A program made the translations under genes and the position numbers. Shown piece by piece: positions 52,935 through 64,000 of a DNA stretch of 64,000 nt (position 1 is the first letter of the stretch; the number at the start of each line of letters is the position of its first letter). This stretch comes from Lama guanicoe (taxonomy: Eukaryota). Under the pieces are notes generated by a model. It saw nothing but the letters and a program-made list of their open reading frames with translations. It was not told the origin of the DNA and searched no databases. Location: positions 15,100,974 to 15,164,973 of the forward strand of contig MU054187.1 in NCBI GenBank assembly GCA_013239625.1, read 5' to 3'.

Positions 52935-53414
52935 AATATTGTCTGTGGCTTTTGTCCTCAGATGTCTTTGCTTCTCTGTTCATACTTTCTCATACTTTGC
53001 CCCTAAATATCAGTTCAAGCCAATAACTCTGGGTGGGTGATTCAGGAATGATGAGGTTGTTATGCCAGCTACTGGCAGAGCTGCTTCCAAAATAGCACTA
53101 GATTGTCTGCTACCTTCAGGGACTGCCTCGTCTGCACACCCCCTTAAAGTCATAGCCCTTTTGTGCAGCAGTGACCAACTCAGGTGACAGGCTTTGTAGG
53201 TGTGGTACTTACTGCAATTCAGAAGTGTTCTAAAGGTTCATGCTGTGTTCAGGACTCCTCTCCTGATCTTAAATTTTAGCTCAACCTCTCCTCTTGTCCA
53301 AGACTTCCTCCTTCTCTTCCCTTTTACAGGAATTGATCACAAAGCACTCAGGATAACCTTCTACACACTAAATCTGTCACAGAATCTGCTTTCCAGGGAA
53401 CACAGCCAGCAACA
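52935..53414 (+). mobile_element. ERVL LTR (LTR16-like)
   Basis: 3' end aaccttctacacactaaatctgtcacagaatctgctttccagggaacacagccagcaaca. Confidence 0.6.
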
Positions 53415-53419
53415 CTCTT

Positions 53420-54770
53420 ACTTTCATATCTCTAACCTTATACTTTCCTGAGCCTCAGATTCATAAATCAGACTCTTAAATCCACGTTTCTGCTTGCATT
53501 TCTGAAGGTCATCTCAAATTTAACACGTTAAGAATTGAATTCCTAAAGACCACTCCTCCCATTGGAATTGCCCTGCTCAGGGAATGTCATGGCCAGCTAC
53601 CTAGATTCTTTGACCTCACACCTAACCATCATCTTTGATTCTGATCTCTTCCTCCAAACTCACATCCTATTGATCAACATCTTGTCAGTCCTACCTCCTC
53701 AATGTATCCCAAGTCCAGTCACCTCTTATCATGTCTACTGTTACAGCCCCATCCATGAGACCATCAGTTCTCCCTGTCACATGCCCATAGTCTCTTAACT
53801 TATCTCTGTCTCCCCTCTGGAGTGTCTTCCACTAGAACCAGAGAGCGTTCACCTAATACTTAAATGACATCTTGTCATTCCCCTGACGAACTCTAATGGT
53901 TTTCTCCTGCGAGCATCAAATTCAAACTTCTCACCACAACCCCACGTGATGAGCCCCTGCGTACATATCTCAGGATCTGCTGATAGTTCACTACTTCCAT
54001 GCCAGGATTTCTTTCTGTCTGTTGTATACACTAATTCTTTTTTTTTTGGTCACAGATCATTTGCATCTACAATTTCTTCTGCTTGAAAGGCTCTTCTCTT
54101 TCTTTGCTGGCTACCTTCTTTATCTTCTCTTCCCTGGATCTCAAATGTCACCTCTTCACAGAGGTCATCCTGACCATCTGGTTAAAACAGCTCCCAGGCT
54201 CTTTTATCATTTGACTATTCTATCCTCTTCACAGCACTTAGTAGTCCTGAAATTTGCAGCAGTGGACTAAACTGTGTCCCTACAAAATTCATGTGTGGAA
54301 GCCCTAATCCCCAAGATGCCTGTATCTGGAGATTCTTTAGGGTGTAATCAAGGTTAAATGAGGTCATAAGGGTGGGGCCCTAATTCAAAAGGACTGTGGC
54401 CACATAAGAAGGACTTTCCCCTGCTCCTAGTATGTAAGCACAGAGCAAAAATGTGGCTGTCTACAAGCTGGGAAGAGCCCGTTCACCAGAAGCCAACCAT
54501 GCTGGCACTCTGATCTTGGACCAGAACTTCGAAAATAAATTTCTGTTCTTCAAGCCACTCAATCGCTGGTATTTTGTTATGGCAGCCTGAGAAGACTAGT
54601 ACATTTACTTATTGGTTTTTGTGTTTGTTACCTGTGTTCCACAATAAGAGCAAACTTCTTGAGGTCATGGGGATCATCTGTCTTGCTTACTGATGTATCT
54701 CCAAGTGCAAGGAACATTCTCTGGTGTGTTGTAGGCACATAATAAGAATAAATTAACTGACTGAGTGACT
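53420..54770 (+). mobile_element. L2 interrupted by MLT1A
   Basis: catctttgattctgatctcttcctccaaactcacatcc...tcaaatgtcacctcttcacagagg; 3' end resumes after 54603. Confidence 0.8.
54258..54603 (+). mobile_element. MaLR solo LTR (MLT1A/A0-like)
   Basis: aaggttaaatgaggtcataagggtggggccctaat; aaaataaatttctgtt..aagccac..ggtattttgttatggcagcc...taca; 5-bp TSD tttgc/tttac. Confidence 0.88.
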
Positions 54771-55047
54771 CCTGCCTCAAAAAATAGTTAAGTTGGGGGC
54801 AACACAGATGTATAATAAATTTAAGTGCTGCTATTTCTAGCAATATGGCATGCTATACATCTAGAGAAACTGTCCTATCCTGCATGATCCAAAAATATGC
54901 ATCAAGTATGAAACATCTCTTTAAATTTATAAATAATAAGAGAAATACCTAGGACCTAAAAAGTTTGAAACTAAAAATATAAGAGACAACCAACTGAGTT
55001 CTGGCAGCTGCTTTGTCTGGAGAGACCCGCTAATCACTAGAGTTTAG

Positions 55048-55063
55048 GAGAGAGAGAGTTCAG

Positions 55064-55094
<31 letters not shown>

Positions 55095-55120
55095 AAGAGA
55101 GAGAGAGAGAGAAAGAGAGA
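55048..55120. repeat. Imperfect (GA)n microsatellite
   Basis: gagaga runs with short interruptions. Confidence 0.95.
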
Positions 55121-56809
55121 TTTGTTTGTATTCTGGTGAAAAATAAAAGTTAAATACTTGAACAAATCATGAATGTGCTTCATATAAGCTAAGAGAAGAA
55201 TGTTTCAAGAAGCTGGTATAAGTTTATCTCACAGTGATTAAAATAAGCCAACTGGGAAAAGGTTTCAAAAAATTTCTAAGTGCAAGATTAAGGTTGGAAG
55301 AGGAGGACAGATTTTCATATGACTTGAATGCAAGAGAAAGAGGTTTGGATTTAACTTTCAAGGAAATAATTATTCCTTATTTTTCTTCCTCTTCCTCTTT
55401 CTCTTCTTCCTTCTCCTTCTCTCATTTATCTTTATCATTTGTTTGTGATTCTTTCATCCATTCAGAAGACATTTTATGGCCCCCATGCCATATGGACCTC
55501 TCTCCAGAGGGGATGAATAAATATGACTGAGCTCCACTTGCAAACAGATTAGGGTCAAGTCAGGTGTGTGTACCTGTGTCTGTAAAAATGACACACATGT
55601 CTGTGGGAGGGAGAATGTAGGGAAGGAAAGGGGAAAGGAAGAAAGAGGGTCTTTATGGTTCTGGCATTTCATTTTAAAGTTTATCATTTCCTTTTGTTGT
55701 CAGTTACCTACGGAATATCTAGAAAAGACACCCATGCATTTTGTTGGTTATGATTTAAGTAGGTTGAATTTTTACTGTCACTTAAGAGGAAGCTTGTCAT
55801 TTCTGGCTGACCACAACTGATCCTGTTATTTGAGGTATTTTTATACATGTTCTAAGTATAGCTTCTCTTGCTTTGTAGTTCGTGCAAGTCTAATTCTGGT
55901 CTTAATACATAAGTTTCTGCCCAGTGATGTGGTGGATGTGAGTTTAGTGAAACAGCTACTTTAGGTACTTTCACTCTCCTTTAAGAAGCTGAGGGAACTA
56001 AAACTAGAATTTATGTTCTTTCTCATCTGGAGATACAAAAATGATGTTAAGATCCAACTGGTCTCAAAACACAAAGTTAGAACGTGGGGCCGTTTGAAGA
56101 GGAATTTGCTGGTAACAATGAGTGGACTGAAAATGAGAGAACTATTTGAGCAGTGCACTTCGTGGTGGTTGAGGTTTACCTAATCACGGTCTTTCACAGT
56201 CAAAGATAACAAAGCTTTAGCCCCGCTCTGTACAATATCAACTCTCTGTATTTTCAGATCTGCTCACTAAGGTTGAATTTTATCATTTTCTTGCTCAAAG
56301 ATTCAATCCCCATTTACAAAAACCCACTAAGAGGAGTACACTTAATGGCTTCAGTGGCCTACCAAACCAAATGTTTGCAGGTCAGCTCAGGAGAAGAAAA
56401 ACGATCTCTTTCAAGATGGCTATTACTGCACAAGCAGAAAAATGTCACTAAGCAGGGTATCTTTTACAGATGAATTTTAAGTCGGTAGCACTATCAATCT
56501 TCTATTATCCCTGCTAAATTTAAACATCAGATCGCACTGGCAGCATGTGACTTTGTGGCTAAGATTAACCAGTTTATCCACATATTAATATAAAGTACTT
56601 ATTGAACAACATCCTTATAATTCTCCTTCTCTTAGATTTCTTGGCCTTTTGTGTATATCACATTTCCCCAAAGATGTTAGAAAGTGTCACAGATGTTCCC
56701 TAACCTAGAGTGTTCTTCTCTGGGTTTTGCAAGTATAATGTCCACTAAACTGAGAGAAAACACAGTACATTCACACTTCAGATTCTGAAGTACAGGAAGA
56801 CAAGTATGT

Positions 56810-57385
56810 TGTTGTGAAGGCACGTTGCTGGCCTGGACATCTTCAATATAATGTCAAGAAGACATAAAGGTGAATGGCAGCAAAAGGATATCGCAGTGAT
56901 GTGGAGCCAGCTCTCACTCTGGAGTCACAAAGCCCCCACCCCTCCTAGGCTCCCTGGGCCTGGAGACTAGAGACACCTTAACCCCCACTCCCTGCTGCAG
57001 GACCCTCCACATACCTGCATTTCTGCAAGATATAAAACATCTCTTGATGTGTGTTTACCATAACAAAACTCATCGCCCCAGGAGATAGCCCGGCTCACAA
57101 TACCCTAGGCAGACAGGCCCCATATCCTGCCCTTATCAAACCTATTGTTCAGAGAAGCCCCTGATGGGTCTCACAGCCAATCAGGTACCTGTGCAGGAAT
57201 TGATCAGGCAGGCCCCCACTCCCGGTGTGCACAGCCCCTCCCCCTAGTAAAAGACCCTGCTCACCTCTCGCCTGTGTGGCCCACTGTTGCCTATAGCAGC
57301 ATACCTATTAGCACCTATTAATCTTCCAAAACTTTTCTTGGTCTCTGGTAATTCTCTACCAGCCCGTGGTGTTGTGCCCACAACA
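56810..57385 (+). mobile_element. ERVL-class solo LTR (MER73/MER54-like), 576 bp
   Basis: 7-bp inverted termini tgttgtg...cacaaca; flanks tatgt/catga; CCAAT at 57177; TATA-like tagtaaaa at ~57245; ggtaattctctaccagccc near the 3' end. Confidence 0.7.
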
Positions 57386-57741
57386 CATGATGGTAATGGG
57401 AAGGGCTCCTAGGCTGTTTCAGAGGTGAAATGTCAATAGCAGTGAAATGGAATCCTAGGCACGAGAGCTAAATGCGTTTTCAGGGACCTTTCATGTTGTC
57501 AGTTCCTCAGATCTGTAGTTGGTCCGCAGTAAGGGAAAATGGAAAGTCGAGTGCTATGTCCAGTGCATGTTCAGGGAGAATGGGAAGAAAACTGACAGTC
57601 AGCCGTGAGTAAGTAGCATTCCAGAATTTGTGAATTCACTGACATGTCATCTCAATATCATGGAGGTCCTTTTAAACACAATGCTTGATGGTTTTAATAT
57701 ATGCTGAATTCTGCTCATATCCTTATTTTAAAGTATAATGG

Positions 57742-59158
57742 AATAAACCTAGGCCCTGATCTTTACACTACTCACAAAACTTAACTTAAAATAAATTAAA
57801 AATTTAAACGTAAAACCAGAAATCTTAAATTCCTTGAAGAAAGCATAGAAAAAAAGCTTCTTGACATGGGTCTTGGCAATGATTTTTTGAATATGCCACT
57901 TAAAGTACAAGCAACAAACTGAAAAACAAACAGGTGGCACTACATCAAACTAAAATGCTTCTTTCTGCTCAGCAAAAACAAAATAGAAGCAAAAAATAAG
58001 TAAACAAAATGAAAAGACACCCTACATTATGGGAGAATATTTGCAAACTATTTATCTGATAAGGGGTTAATACCAAAATATATAAACAACTCATACAACT
58101 CAACAGCAAAAAAAAAAAAAAAAAATCAAATCAAAAAAATGGGCAAAGGACCTGAACAGACATTACAAGGAAGCTATACAGATGGCCAGCATGTACACAA
58201 AAAGGTGCTCAACATCACTAATCATAAGGGAAATGTAAATCAAAAACTACAATGAGGTATCACCTCAGGTCTGTTAGAGTGGCCATGATTAGAAAAGACC
58301 AGGGGATACCAAGTGTTGTTGAGGATGTGGAAAAAAGGGAAGACTTGTGCACTGTTGGTGGGAATGTAAATTGGTGAAGCCACTACAGAAAACAGTATAA
58401 AGGTTCTTCAAAAAATTAAAACTAGAACTACCATATGTTCCAGCAATTCCACTTCTGAGATTATATCCAAAGGAAATGAAAGTTCTATGTTCAAGAGATA
58501 TCTGCACACCCACGCTTATAGCAGCAGCTTTTACAACAGCCAAGACATGGAAACAAGCGAAGTGCCCACTGACAGACAAATAGACGAAGAAGCTGTGATG
58601 TACACGTGTATATATGTGTACACACACCACACACACGCATGATGGAATATTATTCAGCCATAAAGAGAAGAAAATCCTGTTGTCTGCAAAAACATGGATG
58701 GACATTGAGGTCATTATGCTAAGTGAAATAAGTTAGAAAGAGAAAGATATACTGTATGATCTTACTTATATGTAGAATCTAAAAAATGAACAAACGAAAA
58801 AACCTCCCAAACTCATAGAAAAAAGATCAGATTTGTGGATGTTTGGGGTGGGAGGGGTTAGGTAAAAGTGGTCAAAAAGGTGCAGACTTCCAGGTATAAG
58901 TAAGTACGAGGGATTAACATGATGACGATAGTTAATCTTCTAATAAACCACACAGCAATGTTAAGAGAGAAGATCTCAATAGTTATCATCACAAGGAAAG
59001 AAATTTCTTTTTTTGTGTCTATATGCTATGATGGATTTTTAACTAAATTTATTGTGATAAGTAACTCACAACATATATAACTTAAATCATTATGCTGTAC
59101 ACCTTAAACTTAATACAGTGCTGAATGTCAACTATATTTCAGTAAAGCTGGAACAATT
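57742..59158 (+). mobile_element. L1 3' ~1.4 kb (ORF2 C-terminus plus 3'UTR, L1MA-like)
   Basis: atatttgcaaactatttatctgataagggg...ccagcaattccacttctg...gtcaactatatttcagtaaagctgg. Confidence 0.92.
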
Positions 59159-59590
59159 ATTACTGCAGGTTTATCGCATTAACAAAAGATTGCCTTTCCC
59201 CAAAACATAAGCAGAATTATTCAGAGTTCAGTGGGATAAGCTCTGTGCTCATTGGCCTGCCTTCTCAGTTGATAGGCTTCCTGGTCAACGGTCATCAATG
59301 AGAACAGAGATTATACACACAGCTGCAGATGGGTGATGTCTGTTTTTCAATCCATTGGTGACACTTCTCATCAATAATGAGACAATTAGTAAAGGAAGAG
59401 GAGGCAAAAAAAAAATTGGCTTTTACTGAGAGGAAGGAACTCCAGCTGTTTGGGTCATTATGTAGTATTAAAAAGAGTAGATGTTCTTAAAACATGAATA
59501 TAACAGGTGTTTGCCAAGGCCTCCCAGCCTGAAGGGAAAACAGGGTCACCGTGAGGAAATGGCAGAATCTGCGGAACCCATTTCTCTTTC

Positions 59591-59610
59591 AGATCGCCCT
59601 CTGCTGGCTG
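59591..59610 (-). promoter_or_regulatory. CTCF core motif
   Basis: Reverse complement cagccagcagagggcgatct matches CCASYAGRKGGCR; unique, CpG-retaining context. Confidence 0.6.
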
Positions 59611-61039
59611 AATGAGGCTCTGGGGGAATCTCTCATGAGCGTTTAGAGGGCCTCAACTGCTCTTTTCTTCTGTTATTTAGGAATCACCTTCTCAGCTGAC
59701 TCTGACACTGATCCGACAGATGTGATTTGCTGCACTGACGTCTCTTCCACGCCCAGTGTTGACCGCCACGGTGGGCTATCAAATTACCCTCCCATCTCAC
59801 CAGTCACTTCAGTCACATCCTTTTATTATGCTACCTGAGAGATGCACTGAGGTGGAAGTACATGTCTTTTTACCTTGTGCTACACTTTATTTCTAGCCTC
59901 AAAGCAGGGCAGATTTATACATAATTTTTTTCTGTTATCTCTAAGTCAGTGGAAAAATTTTTTTTTGTCCCTCAAGCCTTGGTCTTGGACAAGGAAAAAG
60001 TTCAAGATACACTGTAGTTCAATCATATTTGTCCTTCCTTTACAACTCTATTATGTGTCCATGGAATACATTTGCAAAAGTCAATTCCCTTTACCCTCAG
60101 GATGGCATATTTTGGTACAGTGTATGATAATAGGTTAAGGGGTATTCATTTTCCCTAAATTTTTATGTCAGTTTTGGGCGTGGGGTTAACAGATATAATC
60201 AAAACATTCTTTCTTCATGAAAAATCAAAGTCTTTACAAATATAATCAAGATCGATCTAACATGTTATCCTTACACACATTGCTAGCATGCCTAAAGTTA
60301 CAGAGATACATAGTTTAGACTGGTTACACTAAGGATTTTTCTTTACTATTTATCAAACACAGAGAATTTATCTCCTGTGCCTGGATCACTGCATTGTGAA
60401 AGACTGTGCCCAGAATTAGTGTGCAATTGACTGTTTATGATTCTATGGACATCAGTGGTAGTTAACAAGTTACATACTTGCTGCCCTTAAGCGAGGGTAA
60501 CAGTTTCTAATACTGGTTCTACCTTCCACTCCTCAGTGTCACACTTCCCACTTCTGGGTAGTAATGATTTAGTTTAGTGATTAAGTACTTAAGTATTAAG
60601 TAAAAATTAAGTATTAAGTAATTAGAGGATTAAATTAGGATGATATGGTGATGAATGACCCACTAAATTAGGATGAATGATCAGTGAATAACTACTCCAG
60701 GTGGAGTGGTTAGGAAAGAACTTCCTGAAGAATAACACTCAAGGTATCTGAATAAAAATAAAGATTCAGCTGTATGACATTTCATGAAAAACACAACTTA
60801 AACCTAAGCAGAACTTGAGGGACAGTAAAGTAGCTAGAAAGGCATTTGGGGATGATGAAAACAGTTGCAGTGACTCTGTCATCATACCATTTAATGATCC
60901 TCCGACATGGACATTTCCCAATAGTAAATGCTTCTTAACTGTCATTAGTGATCTATTTGATAAATCTCTGAAACTTCATAATGTTTTAACCTATTAAAAT
61001 AAACTATATCCTCAACTAAAGGAGCTATTTTTAGCAGCC

Positions 61040-61860
61040 TGAGGAAAAAATTCACCGCTGAAGAAACAATTATTCAACATCAGACTTCTCAAGAACCAAT
61101 GTTACAATCAGAAGACTGTGGAACAGTATCTTCAATATGCTGAGAAAACTTACCCTTAACATAGAATTGTGAACCCAGGGAAATGTTTTCCATGGTGTTT
61201 TTACACAAGGAAAGTTATTTTAAATAGAAAATATATTCGCACAAAGAAACATCAATTCAATTAACAGATAGTGTATAAAATAATAGATATGAATATGTCC
61301 ATTTGTTTCAGGTTAAAATGGAAAAGAACTGAAATATGGGCAAAATGGGCCTGTAGGTTGGAATTAGTTTCACTATAGTTAAAATGACATATGGTACTTG
61401 TATTATTCATGTGGCAGATTGACATATTAATTAAACTTTTGCATGGTAATATTTCAAAAGTAACCATCAGAAACAAAAAATAGAAGATACAACTTCCAAA
61501 CAGTAGAAGGAAAAAAAAAGGAATATGAAAAACAAAATTGCTCAATTCAAAAAAGGCAAGAAAGAAGAAAAAGGAGCATAGAAAAACTGTAACAGTACAC
61601 AACGATGGTGAAAAACAATCCAAATATATCAATAATCACAATAAGTAGGGTTATTTGACAAGTTTAAAAATTAAAAAATTAAAATCCATGGATAAACAGT
61701 CAAGAGAAACAACTTAAATGCAACTTAGGAAAGTAAAAAAATGAAAAGATGCTAAAAAGAACTTGTGTGACTATATTAATACCAACACAAAACACACTTG
61801 AAAACCAAAAACATTAGCAGAGACAGAAAAGGTGGTTAAACAATGTTAAAAGCTCAATTG
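61040..61860 (+). mobile_element. Ancient L1 (ORF1 end to ORF2 start), decayed
   Basis: catcagacttctcaag...agaagactgtggaacagtatcttcaa...; ccaaatatatcaataatcacaataa. Confidence 0.65.
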
Positions 61861-62050
61861 GTTAAATTTATTTTTAGGTATTTTATTCTTTTTGTTGCAA
61901 TTGTAAATGGGATAATTTTAATTTCTCTTTCTGATTGTTATTAATCCATAGAAACAGATTTTTGTGTATTATCTTTATATCTGCAAATTTACTGAATTCA
62001 TACATTAGTTCTAACAGTTTTTGATGGAATCTTTAGGGTTTTCTAAACAT
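61860..62050 (-). mobile_element. Younger L1 ORF2 (RT) fragment in antisense
   Basis: taggtattttattctttttgttgcaattgtaaatggga...tttactgaattcat..attagttctaacagtttttgatggaatctttagggttttcta. Confidence 0.85.
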
Positions 62051-63770
62051 CACAAAGTAAGATCTATGCACAAAAGTACATTGCATCTCTAAAAAACAGA
62101 AAATGTAATTTATAAAAGTATATCATTCATCATAGAACTAAAGACATATCAGGCAATAAGCCCGAATATAGATACTTCTGGCTTTTGTGGAGACAGTGAA
62201 ACTTTTATGACAAACATTAAAGCAATCTAAACCAAAGGAGAGATAAAACCGTTTATGGATAGGAAGACTAATGTCACTAAAGTGTCAATTTTATGAAAAT
62301 TTATCTTTAGGTACAATGCAATTCCATCAAAATATTTGTTTTAAAGATTTTTAAAAAGCTTAATATATTTATTGGAAAATACAGAAGAGTAGGGTCAGAA
62401 GTTAGTCAAGCCATTTCTGATGAAATGCAATGAAACTGTAGATTTGCTCACCAGGAAATGAGGCATTTTCAAAATAATAATAATTGAGAGAGTCTGGTAT
62501 TAACACAGTGAGAGGAACATTGAGCAATGGAACAGTGTAGAGAGGGGAGAAACAGACCCATACATTTCTGGTAATTTGATATATGATAGAGATGTTACTG
62601 TAGATCACTGGGGAAAGTTATGTCTATTCAATAAATGGTGCTGAGACATTTGGTTATTTAGGGGAACTGATCACACTGTTCACACAAAACCATTTCATAT
62701 GGATTAAAAATTTACAATGCTTAGAGGATAACAAAGTTGACTATGAGTTCAGAATATGGATGGATTCTAAAAATAAGATGCAAAATCACTAAAAAAGAGG
62801 AAAGATTGATAAATTTTACTGCTTTAATATTAACCCCTTTTCATCAAACTACCTCATGAAAAGAGTGAAAACAAATCAAAACCCAGATAATATATTTTCA
62901 GGAAATATAACTGAAAATAAATTTGTATCAAGAATAAAGAAATGCTACATATTAGTAAATAATTAACAAAATCCCAATAGTGCAATAGTCAAAATCAATC
63001 AACAGATATTTCAACAAAGGGAAAACAAACTTAGGGGAACAGAAAACAGAGAAACTTACGAAAAGATGTACAACCTTGGTAGAAATTAGGAAAATGCAAA
63101 TAAAATCCACATGAGATACAACTTAACATCCCCATGTCACCAAAAATTTAAGAGGCCAGAGGATGACAGGTGTTTTGAATTCTCACCGACTGCTGTGGGG
63201 GTGCATACTGGTGCAACTCCTTGGTACGTGCTGTTTTGCACTTCCCACAGCCTGGCAAGTCTACTTCTCTTTATATAAACCTGAGAAACTCTCATTTAGG
63301 TTCACCAAGAGAAGTGTACAAGGATTTTTTTTTATAGAAAAAATATCTGTAATGGAACATAACTGGATACAACTCAACTATCCATAGATGGGAGACTGAA
63401 TTAATAAATGGTGGTGTATTCACACAATAGAATAGTATACAGTGGTTAAATGAAAAAGCCACAACCACATTTAGAACATGGTTGAATATAACGATTTAGA
63501 AATTAAAAGGAGTTTTAGAAGATTGGGTGCAGTATGATATCACTCTTGCGAAGTTCAAAGGCGAGCACTATTAATGTTCAGATATACATATGCACATGTA
63601 ATAAAAGCATAAAGAAATAAGACATGAAAAACACAAGTTCCAGAATAGGGAGGGGTTGGGAAGGAGTCCCATTAGGCTTCACAATATGTACATATATATT
63701 CTTATGTATATATATAAATTATTACAAAGTAAAATCATCTATAGTGTTATTCAAGATAACAGACTTTTAA
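62050..63770 (+). mobile_element. Ancient L1 (L1MC/ME-like) ORF2 3' half plus 3'UTR
   Basis: caatgcaattccatcaaaat; tattcaataaatggtgctg; gaaaatgcaaataaaatccacatgagatac; taaatggtggtgtattcacacaatagaatagtatacag. Confidence 0.8.
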
Positions 63771-64000
63771 TAAAGAACTGAGAATGAAGAATTTAGTAAA
63801 GTACTTAAAGATTTTGAAGATGACTGCTATTCTCATTAAATCTTCCTGAATTTCATTAATATTAGTTGGAAATTGAAGTCACTAACATGGTCTTTAGCAC
63901 AAAATTATAAATTACATAATATAAATAATTGTGAGGTTCTTGAAATACAGTACCACCTTGTGAATAGCAATAAGAGAACTGGACCAAATAATCAGCTGAG

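Noticed and set aside
58289..58714. 141-aa minus-strand ORF
   Set aside because: Antisense reading of an L1 3' region, a common spurious ORF
60570..60685. Short direct repeats (ttaagta; taaattaggatga twice)
   Set aside because: Low-complexity slippage without regular spacers; not an array
1..64000. Prokaryotic-type systems (CRISPR arrays, operons, defence islands) and non-retroviral endogenous viral elements or NUMTs
   Set aside because: Sequence is mammalian and repeat-rich; no repeat-spacer array, no long ORFs (maximum 141 aa), and no viral or mitochondrial-like segment recognised

Overview
Eutherian mammalian genomic DNA, AT-rich and CpG-depleted, most likely from a camelid (camel/alpaca/llama): it carries a tRNA-Ala-derived SINE matching my recollection of the camelid Vic-1 family, and I saw no Alu, B1/B2, SINEC or Bov-A/BovB/CHR elements. 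I could not recognise any protein-coding exon or canonical RNA gene, so the window reads as a large intron or intergenic region. Roughly half is interspersed repeat: L1s of several ages, L2, MIR, MaLR/ERVL/ERV1 solo LTRs, and hAT and Tigger MITEs. The ORF-track entries that resemble known proteins are all decayed L1 ORF2p fragments. The most notable observations are a probable L1-mediated 3' transduction nested in an older L1 (~27.7-28.5 kb), an L1 5'UTR joined directly to an L1 3'UTR, CTCF-like motifs in CpG-retaining unique DNA, and MEF2/TEAD and RUNX/TEAD motif clusters. I found no convincing previously undescribed biological system. Repeat family names come from memory of consensus sequences, and boundaries are approximate unless TSDs or TIRs are cited.
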